From: Lytechinus pictus
Taxonomy: Eukaryota
Assembly (NCBI RefSeq): GCF_037042905.1
Contig: NC_087251.1
Coordinates: 28,708,001-28,772,000, forward strand
Direction: 5' to 3'
Length of the DNA stretch: 64,000 nucleotides
The notes under the pieces are model-generated. The model was not told where the DNA came from. It saw only the letters and a program-made list of their open reading frames with translations, and made no database searches. This document shows, one piece after another, positions 1 through 15,000 of this stretch; positions within the stretch are counted from its first letter, which is position 1, and each line of letters starts with the position of its first letter. The position numbers were made by a program, and so were the translations under genes.

Positions 1-3000
1 TCGAATCAGGGGCGCCCATTTGATGTTCAAACTTGGCGGCGTCGAATTGATGTTCGAACTAGGGGGACTCCAAATACGTTTTAAATAGGGGCGCTGAACA
101 AGAGAGTGCAGAATTGATGTTCGAACTCGGGGGCGCCGAATTGATGTTCGAACCAGGGGATGCCAAATTGAACTGATGTTCAAACTAGGGGGCGCCAAAT
201 AATGTTCGAAATAGGGGGACGCCAAATAATGTTCGGATTAGGAGGGTGCTGAATTGATTTTCAAACTAGGGGGCGCCAAATTTAGGTTTGTACTAGGGGG
301 GCACCACATTAATGTTCGTCCTAGGGGGCGCCAAATTAATGTTCGAATTAGGGGGGACCGAAGTCATGTTCGAACCAATGGGCGCCGATTAGATGTTCAA
401 ACATGGGGCGTCGAATTGGTGTTCGAACTAGGGGGATGCCAAATTGATATTCAAACTGAGGGCGCCAAATTAATGTTCGTCCTAGGGGGAGCCAAATTAA
501 TGTTCGAATTAGGGGGCACCGAAGTGATGTTCGAACCAGGGGGTGCCGAACTGATGTTCAAACTAGGGGGCGCCAAGTTGATGTTCAAACTAGGGGGCGC
601 CAAATAATGTTCGAAATAGGGGGACGCCGAATAATGTTCCAACCAGGGGGTGCCGAACTAATGTTCAAACTAGGGGGCGCCAAGTTGATGTTCAAACTAG
701 GGGGCGCCAAATAATGTTCGAAATAGGGGGACGCCGAATAATGTTCGGATTAGGAGGGCGTCGAATTGATGTTCGAAACAGCGGGCGCCCATTTGATGTT
801 CAAACTTGGCGGCGTCGAATTGATGTTCGAACTAGGGGGATGCCAAATTGATGTTCAAACTGAGGGCGCCAAATTAATGTTCGTTCTAGGGGGCGCCAAA
901 TTAATGTTAGAACTAGGGGGATGCCAAATTGATGTTCGAACAAGGGGTGGGGGGGGGAGCCTATTTGATGTTCAAACTTTGGGGCGTCGAATTGATGTTA
1001 GAACTAGGGGGTGGATGCCAAATTGATGTTCAAACTAGGGGGCGCCAAATTTTTGTTTGAACTAGGACAGTGCAGAAATAACGTTCGAACTTTTGGGGCG
1101 CCGTTATGATGTTCAATCTAGAGGGCGTTGAATTGACGTTCGAGGTAGGGGGCGCCAAAAAATAATGTTCGAAATAGGGGGGCGCCGAATACTGTTCGGA
1201 TTAGGAGGTCGACGAATTGATGTTCGAACAAGGGGCGCCCATTTGATGTTAAATTTGGGGGCATCAAATTAATGTTCGAACTAGGGGGATGCCAAATTGA
1301 TGTTCGAACAAGGGGTGGGGGGGGAGCCCATTTGATGTTCAAACTTTGGGGCGTCGAATTGATGTTAGAACTAGGGGGTGGATGCCAAATTGATGTTCAA
1401 ACTAGGGGGCGCCAAATTAATGTTCGTCCTAGGGGTGCCAAATTAATATTCGAATTAGGGGGCACCAAAGTGATGTTTGAACTAGGGGGCGCCGAATCGA
1501 TGTTCGAACCATGGGGGGGGGGGTGCAAAATACGTTTGAACTAGTGGCGCCGGATAATATTCGAACAAAGGGGCGCCGAATACTGTTCGGATTAGGAGGG
1601 CGTCGAATTGATGTTCGAACCAGGGGCGCCCATTTGATATTCAAATTTGGGGACATCAAATTGATGTTCGAACTAGGGGGATACCAAATACTTTTAAAAT
1701 AGGGGCGCTGAACAAGAGAGTGCAGAATTGATGTTCGAACTAGGGGGCGCCGAATTGATGTTCGAACCAGGGGGCGCCCATTTGATGTTCAAACTTGGGG
1801 GCTTCCAATTGATGTTCGAACTAGGGCAATGCCAAATTGATGTTCAAACTGAGGGCACCAAATTAATGTTAGTACTATGGGGCGCCAAGTTAATGTTCGA
1901 ATTAGGGCGCACCGAAGTGATGTTCGAACCAGGGGTGCCGAACTGATGTTCAAACTAGTGGGCGCCAAGTTGATGTTCGAACTAGGGGGCGCCAAATTAA
2001 TGATCGAATTAGGGAGCACCGAAGTAATGTTCGTCCTAGGGGCGCCAAATTAATGTTCGAATTAGGGGGCACCGAAGTGATGTTCGAACCAAGGGGCGCC
2101 CATTAGCTGTTCAAATTTTGGGGCATCGAATTGATGTTCGAAGTAGGGGCGATAAATTTTTGTTTGAACTAGGACAGTGCAGAAATAACGTTCGAACTTT
2201 TGGGGCGCCGTTATGATGTTCAATCTAGGGGGCGTTGAATTGACGTTCGAGGTAGGGGGCACCAAAAAATAATGTTCGAAATAGGGGGGCGCCGAATACT
2301 GTTCGGATTAGGAGGTCGACGAATTGATGTTCGAACAAGGGGCGCCCATTTGATGTTAAATTTGGGGGCATCAAATTAATGTTCGAACTAGGGGGATGCC
2401 AAATTGATGTTCGAACAAGGGGTGGGGGGGGGCGCCCATTTGATGTTCAAACTTTGGGGCGTCGAATTGATGTTAGAACTAGGGGGTGGATGCCAAATTG
2501 ATGTTCAAACTAGGGGGCGCCAAATTAATGTTCGTCCTAGGGGTGCCAAATTAATGTTCGAATTAGGGGGCACCAAAGTGATGTTTGAACTAGGGGGCGC
2601 CGAATCGATGTTCGAACCAGGGGGGGTGCAAAATACGTTTGAACTAGTGGCGCCGGATAATATTCGAACAAAGGGGCGCCGAATACTGTTCGGATTAGGA
2701 GGGCGTCGAATTGATGTTCGAACCAGGGGCGCCCATTTGATATTCAAATTTGGGGGCATCAAATTGATGTTCGAACTAGGGGGATACCAAATACGTTTTA
2801 AATAGGGGCGCTGAACAAGAGAGTGCAGAATTGATGTTCGAACTAGGGGGCGCCGAATTGATGTTCGAACCAGGGGGCGCCCATTTGATGTTCAAACTTG
2901 GGGGCTTCCAATTGATGTTCGAACTAGGGCAATGCCAAATTGATGTTCAAACTGAGGGCACCAAATTAATGTTAGTACTATGGGGTGCCAAAATGATGTT

Positions 3001-6000
3001 CAAATTAGGGGGGCGCCGTATTGATGTTCGAACCAGGGGGCGCCCAATTGATGTTCAAATTTAGGGGCGTCGAATTGATGTTCGAACTAAGGGGGATGCC
3101 AAATACTTTTGAACTAGGGGTGCCGAATAATGTTCGAACAAGGGGCGCCAAATTCGGTTCGGAGTAGGGGGGCTTCGAATTGATGTTCGAAGTAGGGGGT
3201 GCTAAATTTTTCTTTGAACTAGGGGGTTAGTGCCAAATTGATGTTCGAACTAAGGGGGCACCGAATTGAATCAGGGGGGTGCCGAATAATGTTCGAACTA
3301 GGGGGTAGGGGCGTCAAATTGATTTTCAAACTGAGGGGGGAGGGGCGTCGAATCGATGTTTGAACCAGGGGGCGCCGTATTGACAATCAAACTGCGGGGG
3401 GGGGGGTAAATTAATGTATATTTATTTATTTATTCTATTTATTTCAAATCTTTATCCAGAGTAGCCTTTTCAGCCTTATACAAACCAGGGCGCCGCCGAA
3501 ATTATGTTCAATCTAGGGCGCATCGAATTTATGTTCGAACCAGGGGGCGCCATTTTTTGTTTTAACTAGGAGAGTGGAGAATCAATGTTCGAACTTGTGG
3601 ATGGTGCCAAATTGAAGTTCGAACCAGGGGTGGGGCGCCCATTTGATGTTCAAACTTGGGGGCGTCGAATTGATGTTTGAACTAGGGGCGACAAATTAAT
3701 GTTCGTCCTAGGGGGGCACCAAATTGATGTTCAAACTAAGGGGGAGGGGCGCCGCAAAATATGCGAAGTAGAGGGTGCTGAATTGATGTTCAAACTAGGG
3801 GGCGCCAAATTTAGGTTTGTACTAGGGGGGCACCACATTAATGTTCGTCCTAGGGGGCGCCAAATTAATGTTCGAATTAGGGGGCACCGAAGTCATGTTC
3901 GAACCAAGGGGCGCCCATTAGATGTTCAAACATCGGGCGTCGAATTGGTGTTCGAACTAGGGGGATGCCAAATTGATATTCAAACTGAGGGCGCCAAATT
4001 AATGTTCGTTCTAGGGGGCGCCAAATTAATGTTCGAATTAAGGGGGCGCCGAATAATGTTCCAACCAGGGGGTGCCGAACTGATGTTCAAACTAGGGGGC
4101 GCCAAGTTGATGTTTAAACTAGGGGGCGCCAAATAATGTTCGAAATAGGGGGACGCCGAATAATGTTCGGATTAGGAGGGCATCGAATTGATGTTCGAAC
4201 CAGCGGGCGCCCATTTGATGTTCAAACTTGGCGGCGTCGAATTGATGTTCGAACTAGGGGGATGCCAAATTGATGTTCAAACTGAGGGCGCCAAATTAAT
4301 GTTCGTTCTAGGGGGCGCCAAATTAATGTTCGAATTAAGGAGGCGCCGAATAATGTTCGAACTCGGGGGGAGGTGTTGAATTGATGTTTGAAGAAGGGGA
4401 GCGCCGAATTGATGCTCAAACTAGGGGGCACCAAATTGATGTTCAAAGTAAGAGCGACAAATTAATGTTCGTCCTAGGAGGGGGCGCCGAATTGATGTTC
4501 GAACCAGGGGGCGCCCATTTGATGTTCAAACTTGGGCGCGTCCAATTGATGTTCGAACTAGGGGGATGCCAAATTGATGTTCAGATGTTCAAACTGAGGG
4601 CACCAAATTAATGTTAGTCCTAGGGGGCGCCAAATTAGTGTTCGAATTAGGGGGCACCGAAGTGATGTTCGAACCAGGGGTGCCGAACTGATGTTCAAAC
4701 TAGGGGGCACCAAGTTGATGTTCGAACTAGGGGGCGCCAAATTAATGATCGAATTAGGGAGCACCGAAGTAATGTTCGAACCAGGGGTGCCGAACTGATG
4801 TTCAAACTAGGGGGCACCAAGTTGATGTTCGAACTAGGGGGCGCCAAATTAATGATCGAATTAGGGAGCACCGAAGTAATGTTCGAACCAGGGGGGTGCC
4901 GAACTGATGTTCAAATTAGGGGGGCGCCGTATTGATGTTCGAACCAGGGGGCGCCCAATTGATGTTCAAATTTGGGGGCGTCGAATTGATGTTCGAACTA
5001 GGGGGGATGCCAAATACTTTTGAAGTAGGGGTGCCGAATAATGTTCGAATTAGGGGGCACCGAATTGATGTTCGAACCAGGGGATGCTAAATTGATGTTC
5101 AAACTGAGGGCGCCAAATTAATGTTCGTCCTAGGGGGCGCCAAATTAATGTTCGAATTAAGGGGGCGCCGAATAATGTTCGAACTCGGGGGGAGGTGTTG
5201 AATTGATGTTTGAAGTAGGGGAGCGCCGAATTAATGTTCATCCTAGGGGGGGGGGGGACCGAATTGATGTTCGAACCAGGAAGCGCTTATTTGATGTTCA
5301 AACTTGGGGGCGTTGAATTGATGTTCGAACGATGGGGGGATGCCAAATTGATGTTCAAACTTTGGGCGCCAAAGTGATGTTCGAATTAGGGAGCACCGAA
5401 GTAATGTTCGAACCAGGGGGTGCCGAACTGATGTTCAAATTAGGGGGGCGCCGTATTGATGTTCGAACCAGGGGGCGCCCAATTGATGTTCAAATTTGGG
5501 GGCGTCGAATTGATGTTCGAACTAGGGGGGATGCCAAATACTTTTGAAGTAGGGGTGCCGAATAATGTTCGAATTAGGGGGCACCGAATTGATGTTCGAA
5601 CCAGGGGATGCTAAATTGATGTTCAAACTGAGGGCGCCAAATTAATGTTCGTCCTAGGGGGCGCCAAATTAATGTTCGAATTAAGGGGGCGCCGAATAAT
5701 GTTCGAACTCGGGGGGAGGTGTTGAATTGATGTTTGAAGTAGGGGAGCGCCGAATTAATGTTCATCCTAGGGGGGGGGGGGACCGAATCAATGTTCGAAC
5801 CAGGAAGCGCTTATTTGATGTTCAAACTTGGGGGCGTTGAATTGATGTTCGAACGATGGGGGGATGCCAAATTGATGTTCAAACTTTGGGCGCCAAAGTG
5901 ATGTTCGTCCTAGGGCGTCGCCAAATTAACGTTCGAATTAGGGGGTGCCGAATTGATATTCGAACCAGGGGGCGCCGAATCAATGTTCAAACTAGGGGGT

Positions 6001-9000
6001 GCCAAATTAATGTTCGAATTAGGGGGGCTTCGAATTGATGTTCGAAGTAGGGGGTGGTAAATTTTTCTTTGAACTAGGGGGTTAGTGCCATATTGATGTT
6101 CGAACTAAGGGGGCACCGAATTGATGTTTGAATCAGGGGGGTGCCGAATAATGTTCGAACTAGGGGGTAGGGGCGTCAAATTGATGTTCAAACTGAGGGG
6201 GGAGGGGCGTCGAATCGATGTTTGAACCAGGGGGCGCCGTATTGACAATCAAACTGCGGGGGGGGGGGGTAAATTAATGTATATTCATTTATTTATTTTA
6301 TTTATTTCAAATCTTTATCCAGAGTAGCCTGTTCAGCCTTATACAAACCAGGGCGCCGCCGAAATTATGTTCAATCTAGGGCGCATCGAATTTATGTTCG
6401 AACCAGGGGGCGCCATTTTTTTGTTTTAACTAGGAGGCACCGAAGTGATGTTCGAACCAGGGGTGCCGAACTGATGTTCAAACTAGGGGGCGCCAAGTTG
6501 ATGTTCGAACTTGGGGGCGCCAAATTAATGATCGAATTAGGGAGCACCGAAGTAATGTTCGAAGTAATGTTCGAACCAGGGGGTGCCGAACTGATATTCG
6601 AACCAGGGGGCGCCGAATCGATGTTCAAACTAGGGGGTGCCAAATTAATGTTCGAATTAGGGGGCACCGAAGTGATGTTCGAACTAGGGGGCGCCGAATC
6701 GATGTTCAAACTAGGGGGTGCAAAATTAATGTTCGAATTAGGTGGCACCGAAGTGATGTTCGAATCAGTGGGCGCCGAACTGATTTTCAAACTAGGGGGC
6801 GCCAAAGTGGTGTTCGAACAAGGAGTGGGGGGGGGGGGTGGGGCGCCCATTTGATGTTCAAACTTCGGGGCGTCGAATTGATGTTAGAACTAGGGGGTGG
6901 ATGCCAAATTGATGTTCGTTCTAGGGGGTGCCAAATTAATGTTCGAATTAGGGGGCACCGAAGTGATGTTCGAACTAGGGGGTGCCGAACTCTTGTTCAA
7001 ACTAGGGGGCGCCAAGTTGATGTTCAAACTAGGGGGCGCCAAAATATAATGTTCGAAATAGGGGGGCACCGAATACTGTTCGGATTAGGAGGGCGTCGAA
7101 TTGATGTTCGAATCAGGGGCGCCCATTTGATGTTCAAACTTGGCGGCGTCGAATTGATGTTCGAACTAGGGGGATGCCAAATACGTTTTAAATAGGGGCG
7201 CTGAACAAGAGAGTGCAGAATTGATGTTCGAACTCGGGGGCGCCGAATTGATGTTCGAACCAGGGGATGCCAAATTGATGTTCAAACTGAGGGCGCCAAA
7301 TTAATGTCCGTCCTAGGGGGCGCCAAATTAATGTTTGAATTAGGGGGCACCGAAGTGATGTTCGAACCAGGGGGTGCCGAACTGATGTTCAAACTAGGGG
7401 GCGCCAAGTTGATGTTCAAACTAGGGGGCGCCAAATAATGTTCGAAATAGGGGGACGCCGAATAATGTTCGGATTAGGAGGGCGTCGAATTGATGTTCGA
7501 ACTAGGGGGCGCCCATTTGATGTTCAAACTTGGCGGCGTCGAATTGATGTTCGAACTAGGGGGATGCCAAATTGATGTTCAAACTGAGGGCGCCAAATTA
7601 ATGTTCGTTCTAGGGGGGGCCAAATTCATGTTCGAATTAAGGGGGCGCCGAATAATGTTCCAACCAGGGGGTGCCGAACTGATGTTCAAACTAGGGGGCG
7701 CCAAGTTGATGTTCAAACTAGGGGGCGCCAAATAATGTTCGAAATAGGGGGACGCCGAATAATGTTCGGATTAGGAGGGCGTCGAAATGATGTTCGAACC
7801 AGCGGGCGCCCATTTGATGTTCAAACTTGGCGGCGTCGAATTGATGTTCGAACTAGGGGAATGCCAAATTGATGTTCAAACTGAGGGTGCCAAATTAATG
7901 TTCGTTCTAGGGGGCGCCAAATTAATGTTCGAATTAAGGGGGCGCCGAATAATGTTCCAACCAGGGGGTGCCGAACTGATGTTCAAACTAGGGGGCGCCA
8001 AATAATGTTCGAAATAGGGGGACGCCGAATAATGTTCGGATTAGGAGGGTGCTGAATTGATTTTCAAACTAGGGGGCGCCAAATTTAGGTTTGTACTAGG
8101 GGGGCACCACATTAATGTTCGTCCTAGGGGGCGCCAAATTAATGTTCGAATTAGGGGGGACCGAAGTCATGTTCGAACCAATGGGCGCCGATTAGATGTT
8201 CAAACATGGGGCGTCGAATTGGTGTTCGAACTAGGGGGATGCCAAATTGATATTCAAACTGAGGGCGCCAAATTAATGTTCGTCCTAGGGGGAGCCAAAT
8301 TAATGTTCGAATTAGGGGGCACCGAAGTGATGTTCGAACCAGGGGGTGCCGAACTGATGTTCAAACTAGGGGGCGCCAAGTTGATGTTCAAACTAGGGGG
8401 CGCCAAATAATGTTCGAAATAGGGGGACGCCGAATAATGTTCCAACCAGGGGGTGCCGAACTAATGTTCAAACTAGGGGGCGCCAAGTTGATGTTTAAAC
8501 TAGGGGGCGCCAAATAATGTTCGAAATAGGGGGACGCCGAATAATGTTCGGATTAGGAGGGCGTCGAATTGATGTTCGAAACAGCGGGCGCCCATTTGAT
8601 GTTCAAACTTGGCGGCGTCGAATTGATGTTCGAACTAGGGGGATGCCAAATTGATGTTCAAACTGAGGGCGCCAAATTAATGTTCGTTCTAGGGGGCGCC
8701 AAATTAATGTTCGAATTAAGGGGGCGCCGAATAATGTTCAAACCAGGGGGTGCCGAACTGATGTTCAAACTAGGGGGCGCCAAATAATGTTCGAAATAGG
8801 GGGACGCCAAATAATGTTCGGATTAGGAGGGTGCTGAATTGATGTTCAAACTAGGGGGCGCCAAATTTAGGTTTGTACTAGGGGGGCACCACATTAATGT
8901 TCGTCCTAGGGGGTGCCAAATTAATGTTCGAATTAGGGGGCACCGAAGTCATGTTCGAACCAAGGGGCGCCCATTAGATGTTCAAACATGGGGCGTCGAA

Positions 9001-12000
9001 TTGGTGTTCGAACTAGGGGGATGCCAAATTGATATTCAAACTGAGGGCGCCAAATTAATGTTCGTCCTAGGGGGAGCCAAATTAATATTCGAATTAGGGG
9101 GCACCGACGTGATGTTCGAACCAGGGGGCGCCCAATTGATGTTCAAATTTGGGGGCGTCGAATTGATGTTCGAACTAGGGGGGATGCCAAATACTTTTGA
9201 AGTAGGGGTGCCGAATAATGTTCGAATTAGGGGGCACCGAATTGATGTTCGAACCAGGGGATGCTAAATTGATGTTCAAACTGAGGGCGCCAAATTAATG
9301 TTCGTCCTAGGGGGCGCCAAATTAATGTTCGAATAAAGGGGGCGCCGAATAATGTTCGAACTCGGGGGGAGGTGTTGAATTGATGTTTGAAGTAGGGGAG
9401 CGCCGAATTAATGTTCATCCTAGGGGGGGGGGGGACCGAATTGATGTTCGAACCAGGAAGCGCTTATTTGATGTTCAAACTTGGGGGCGTTGAATTGATG
9501 TTCGAACGATGGGGGGATGCCAAATTGATGTTCAAACTTTGGGCGCCAAAGTGATGTTCGTCCTAGGGCGTCGCCAAATTAACGTTCGAATTAGGGGGTG
9601 CCGAATTGATATTCGAACCAGGGGGCGCCCATTAGATGTTCAAACATGGGGCGTCGAATTGGTGTTCGAACTAGGGGGATGCCAAATTGATATTCAAACT
9701 GAGGGCGCCAAATTAATGTTCGTCCTAGGGGGAGCCAAATTAATATTCGAATTAGGGGGCACCGACGTGATGTTCGAACCAGGGGGTGCCGAACTGATGT
9801 TCAAAGTAGGGGGCGCCAAGTTGATGTTCAAACTAGGGGGCGCCAAATAATGTTCGAAATAGGGGGACGCCGAATAATGTTCGGATTAGGAGGGCGTCGA
9901 ATTGATGTTCGAACCAGCGGGCGCCCATTTGATGTTCAAACTTGGCGGCGTCGAATTGATGTTCGAACTAGGGGGATGCCAAATTGATGTTCACACTGAG
10001 GGCGCCAAATTAATGTTCGTTCTAGGGGGCGCCAAATTAATGTTCGAATTAAGGGGGCGCCGAATAATGTTCCAACCAGGGGGTGCCGAACTAATGTTCA
10101 AACTAGGGGGCGCCAAATAATGTTCGAAATAGGGGGACGCCGAATAATGTTCGGATTAGGAGGGCGTCGAATTGATGTTCGAACCAGGAAGCGCCCATTT
10201 GATGTTCAAACTTTGGGCGCCAAAGTGATGTTCGTCCTAGGGCGTCGCCAAATTAACGTTCGAATTAGGGGGTGCCGAATAATATTCGAACCAGGGGGCG
10301 CCGAATCGATGTTCAAACTAGGGGGTGCCAAATAATGTTCGAAATAGGGGGACGCCGAATAATGTTCGGATTAGGAGGGCGTCGAAATGATGTTCGAACC
10401 AGCGGGCGCCCATTTGATGTTCAAACTTGGCGGCGTCGAATTGATGTTCGAACTAGGGGAATGCCAAATTGATGTTCAAACTGAGGGTGCCAAATTAATG
10501 TTCGTTCTAGGGGGCGCCAAATTAATGTTCGAATTAAGGGGGCGCCGAATAATGTTCCAACCAGGGGGTGCCGAACTGATGTTCAAACTAGGGGGCGCCA
10601 AATAATGTTCGAAATAGGGGGACGCCGAATAATGTTCGGATTAGGAGGGTGCTGAATTGATTTTCAAACTAGGGGGCGCCAAATTTAGGTTTGTACTAGG
10701 GGGGCACCACATTAATGTTCGTCCTAGGGGGCGCCAAATTAATGTTCGAATTAGGGGGGACCGAAGTCATGTTCGAACCAATGGGCGCCGATTAGATGTT
10801 CAAACATGGGGCGTCGAATTGGTGTTCGAACTAGGGGGATGCCAAATTGATATTCAAACTGAGGGCGCCAAATTAATGTTCGTCCTAGGGGGAGCCAAAT
10901 TAATGTTCGAATTAGGGGGCACCGAAGTGATGTTCGAACCAGGGGGTGCCGAACTGATGTTCAAACTAGGGGGCGCCAAGTTGATGTTCAAACTAGGGGG
11001 CGCCAAATAATGTTCGAAATAGGGGGACGCCGAATAATGTTCCAACCAGGGGGTGCCGAACTAATGTTCAAACTAGGGGGCGCCAAGTTGATGTTCAAAC
11101 TAGGGGACGCCAAATAATGTTCGAAATAGGGGGACGCCGAATAATGTTCGGATTAGGAGGGCGTCGAATTGATGTTCGAAACAGCGGGCGCCCATTTGAT
11201 GTTCAAACTTGGCGGCGTCGAATTGATGTTCGAACTAGGGGGATGCCAAATTGATGTTCAAACTGAGGGCGCCAAATTAATGTTCGTTCTAGGGGGCGCC
11301 AAATTAATGTTCGAATTAAGGGGGCGCCGAATAATGTTCAAACCAGGGGGTGCCGAACTGATGTTCAAACTAGGGGGCGCCAAATAATGTTCGAAATAGG
11401 GGGACGCCAAATAATGTTCGGATTAGGAGGGTGCTGAATTGATGTTCAAACTAGGGGGCGCCAAATTTAGGTTTGTACTAGGGGGGCACCACATTAATGT
11501 TCGTCCTAGGGGGTGCCAAATTAATGTTCGAATTAGGGGGCACCGAAGTCATGTTCGAACCAAGGGGCGCCCATTAGATGTTCAAACATGGGGCGTCGAA
11601 TTGGTGTTCGAACTAGGGGGATGCCAAATTGATATTCAAACTGAGGGCGCCAAATTAATGTTCGTCCTAGGGGGAGCCAAATTAATATTCGAATTAGGGG
11701 GCACCGACGTGATGTTCGAACCAGGGGGTGCCGAACTGATGTTCAAAGTAGGGGGCGCCAAGTTGATGTTCAAACTAGGGGGCGCCAAATAATGTTCGAA
11801 ATAGGGGGACGCCGAATAATGTTCGGATTAGGAGGGCGTCGAATTGATGTTCGAACCAGCGGGCGCCCATTTGATGTTCAAACTTGGCGGCGTCGAATTG
11901 ATGTTCGAACTAGGGGGATGCCAAATTGATGTTCAAACTGAGGGCGCCAAATTAATGTTCGTTCTAGGGGGCGCCAAATTAATGTTCGAATTAAGGGGGC

Positions 12001-15000
12001 GCCGAATAATGTTCCAACCAGGGGGTGCCGAACTAATGTTCAAACTAGGGGGCGCCAAATAATGTTCGAAATAGGGGGACGCCGAATAATGTTCGGATTA
12101 GGAGGGCGTCGAATTGATGTTCGAACCAGGAAGCGCCCATTTGATGTTCAAACTTGGGGGCGTTGAATTGATGTTCGAACGATGGGGGATGCCAAATTGA
12201 TGTTCAAACTTTGGGCGCCAAAGTGATGTTCGTCCTAGGGCGTCGCCAAATTAACGTTCGAATTAGGGGGTGCCGAATAATATTCGAACCAGGGGGCGCC
12301 GAATCGATGTTCAAACTAGGGGGTGCCAAATTAATGTTCGAATTAGGGGGCACCGAAGTGATGTTCGAACTAGGGGGCGCCGAATCGATGTTCAAACTAG
12401 GGGGTGCAAAATTAATGTTCGAATTAGGTGGCACCGAAGTGATGTTCGAACCAGTGGGCGCCGAACTGATTTTCAAACTAGGGGGCGCCAAAGTGGTGTT
12501 CGAACAAGGAGTGGGGGGGGGGGGTGGGGCGCCCATTTGATGTTCAAACTTCGGGGCGTCGAATTGATGTTAGAACTAGGGGGTGGATGCCAAATTGATG
12601 TTCGTTCTAGGGGGTGCCAAATTAATGTTCGAATTAGGGGGCACCGAAGTGATGTTCGAACCAGGGGGTGCCGAACTAATGTTCAAGCTAGGGGGCGCCA
12701 AGTTGATGTTCAAACTAGGGGGCGCCAAAATATAATGTTCGAAATAGGGGGGCACCGAATACTGTTCGGATTAGGAGGGCGTCGAATTGATGTTCGAACC
12801 AGGGGCGCCCATTTGATGTTCAAACTTGGCGGCGTCGAATTGATGTTCGAACTAGGGGGATGCCAAATTGATGTTTAAACTGGGGGCGCCATATTAATGT
12901 TCGTCCTAGGGGGCGCCAAATTAATGCTTGAATTAGGGGGCACCGAAGTGATGTTCGAACCAGGGGGTGCCGAACTGATGTTCAAACTAGGGGGCGCCAA
13001 GTTGATGTTCAAACTAGGGGGCGCCAAATAATGTTCGGGTTAGGAGGGCGTCGAATTGATGTTCGAACTAGGGGGCGCCCATTTGATGTTCAAACTTGGC
13101 GGCGTCGAATTGATGTTCGTCCTAGGGGGCGCCAAATTAATGCTTGAATTAGGGGGCACCGAAGTGATGTTCGAACCAGGGGGTGCCGAACTGATGTTCA
13201 AACTAGGGGGCGCCAAGTTGATGTTCAAACTAGGGGGCGCCAAATAATGTTCGGGTTAGGAGGGCGTCGAATTGATGTTCGAACTAGGGGGCGCCCATTT
13301 GATGTTCAAACTTGGCGGCGTCGAATTGATGTTCGAACTAGGGGGATGCCAAATTGATGTTTAAACTGGGGGCGCCGAATTAATGTTCGTTCTAGGGGAC
13401 GCCAAATTAATGTTCGAATTAAGGGGGCGCCGAATAATGTTCGAACTCGGGGGGAGGTGTTGAATTGATGTTTGAAGTAGGGAAGCGCCGAATTAATGTT
13501 CGTTCTAGGGGGGAGGCACCGAATTGATGTTTGAAGTAGGGAAGCGCCCATTTGATGTTCAAACTTGGGGGCGTTGAATTGATGTTCGAACGAGGGGGAT
13601 GCCAAATTGATGTTCAAACTTTGGGCGCCAAAGTGATGTTCGTCCTAGGGCGTCGCCAAATTAACGTTCGAATTAGGGGGTGCCGAATTGATATTCGAAC
13701 CAGGGGGCGCCGAATCGATGTTCAAACTAGGGGGTGCCAAATTAATGTTCGAATTAGGGGGGCTTCGAATTGATGTTCGAAGTAGGGAAGCGCCGAATTA
13801 ATGTTCGTTCTAGGGGGAGGCACCGAATTGATGTTTGAAGTAGGGAAGCGCCCATTTGATGTTCAAACTTGGGGGCGTTGAATTGATGTTCAAACTAGGG
13901 GGTGCCAAATTAATGTTCGAATTAGGGGGCACCGAAGTGATGTTCGAACCAGGGGGTGCCGAACTGATGTTCAAACTAGGGGGCGCCAAGTTGATGTTCA
14001 AACTAGGGGGCGCCAAAATATAATGTTCGAAATAGGGGGGCACCGAATACTGTTCGGATTAGGAGGGCATCGAATTAATTTTCGAACCAGGGGCGCCCAT
14101 ATGATGTTCAAATTTGGGGCGTCGAATTAATGTTCGAACTAGGGGGATGCCAAATACGTTTTAAATAGGGGCGCTGAACAAGAGAGTGCAGAATTGATGT
14201 TCGAACTCGGGGGCGCCGAATTGATGTTCGAACCAGGGGATGCCAAATTGATGTTCAAACTGAGGGCGCCAAATTAATGTTCGTCCTAGTGGGCGCCAAA
14301 TTAATGTTCGAATTAGGGGGCACCGAAGTGATGTTCGAGCCAGGGGGTGCTGAACTGATGTTCAAACTAGGGGGCGCCAAATAATGTTCGAAATAGAGGG
14401 GGGGGGGCGCCGAATAGTGTTCGGATTAGGAGGGCGTCGAATTGATGTTCGAACTAGGGGGATGCCAAATTGATGTTCAAACTAGGGGGCGCCAAATTAA
14501 TGTTCGAATTAGGGGGCACCGAAGTGATGTTCGAACCAGGGGGTGCCGAACTGATGTTCAAATCAGGGGGCGCCTAGTTGATGTTCAAACTAGGGGGCGC
14601 CAAATAATGTTCGAAATAGAGGGGGGGGGCGCCGAATAATGTTCGGATTAGGAGGGCGTCGAATTGATGTTCAAACTTGGGGCGCCAAAGTGATGTTCGT
14701 CCTAGGGCGGCGCCAAATTAACGTTCGAATTAGGGGGTGCCGAATTGATATTCGAACCAGGGGGCGCCGAATCGATGTTCAAACTAGGGGGTGCCAAATT
14801 AACGTTCGAATTAGGGGGTGCCGAATTGATATTCGAACCAGGGGGCGCCGAATCGATGTTCAAACTAGGGGGTGCCAAATTAATGTTCGAATTAGGGGGC
14901 ACCGAAGTGATGTTCGAACCAGGGGTCGCCGAACTGATTTTTAAACTAGGGGGCGCCAAATTGATGTTCGAACAAGGGGGGGGGGCGCCCATTTGATGTT

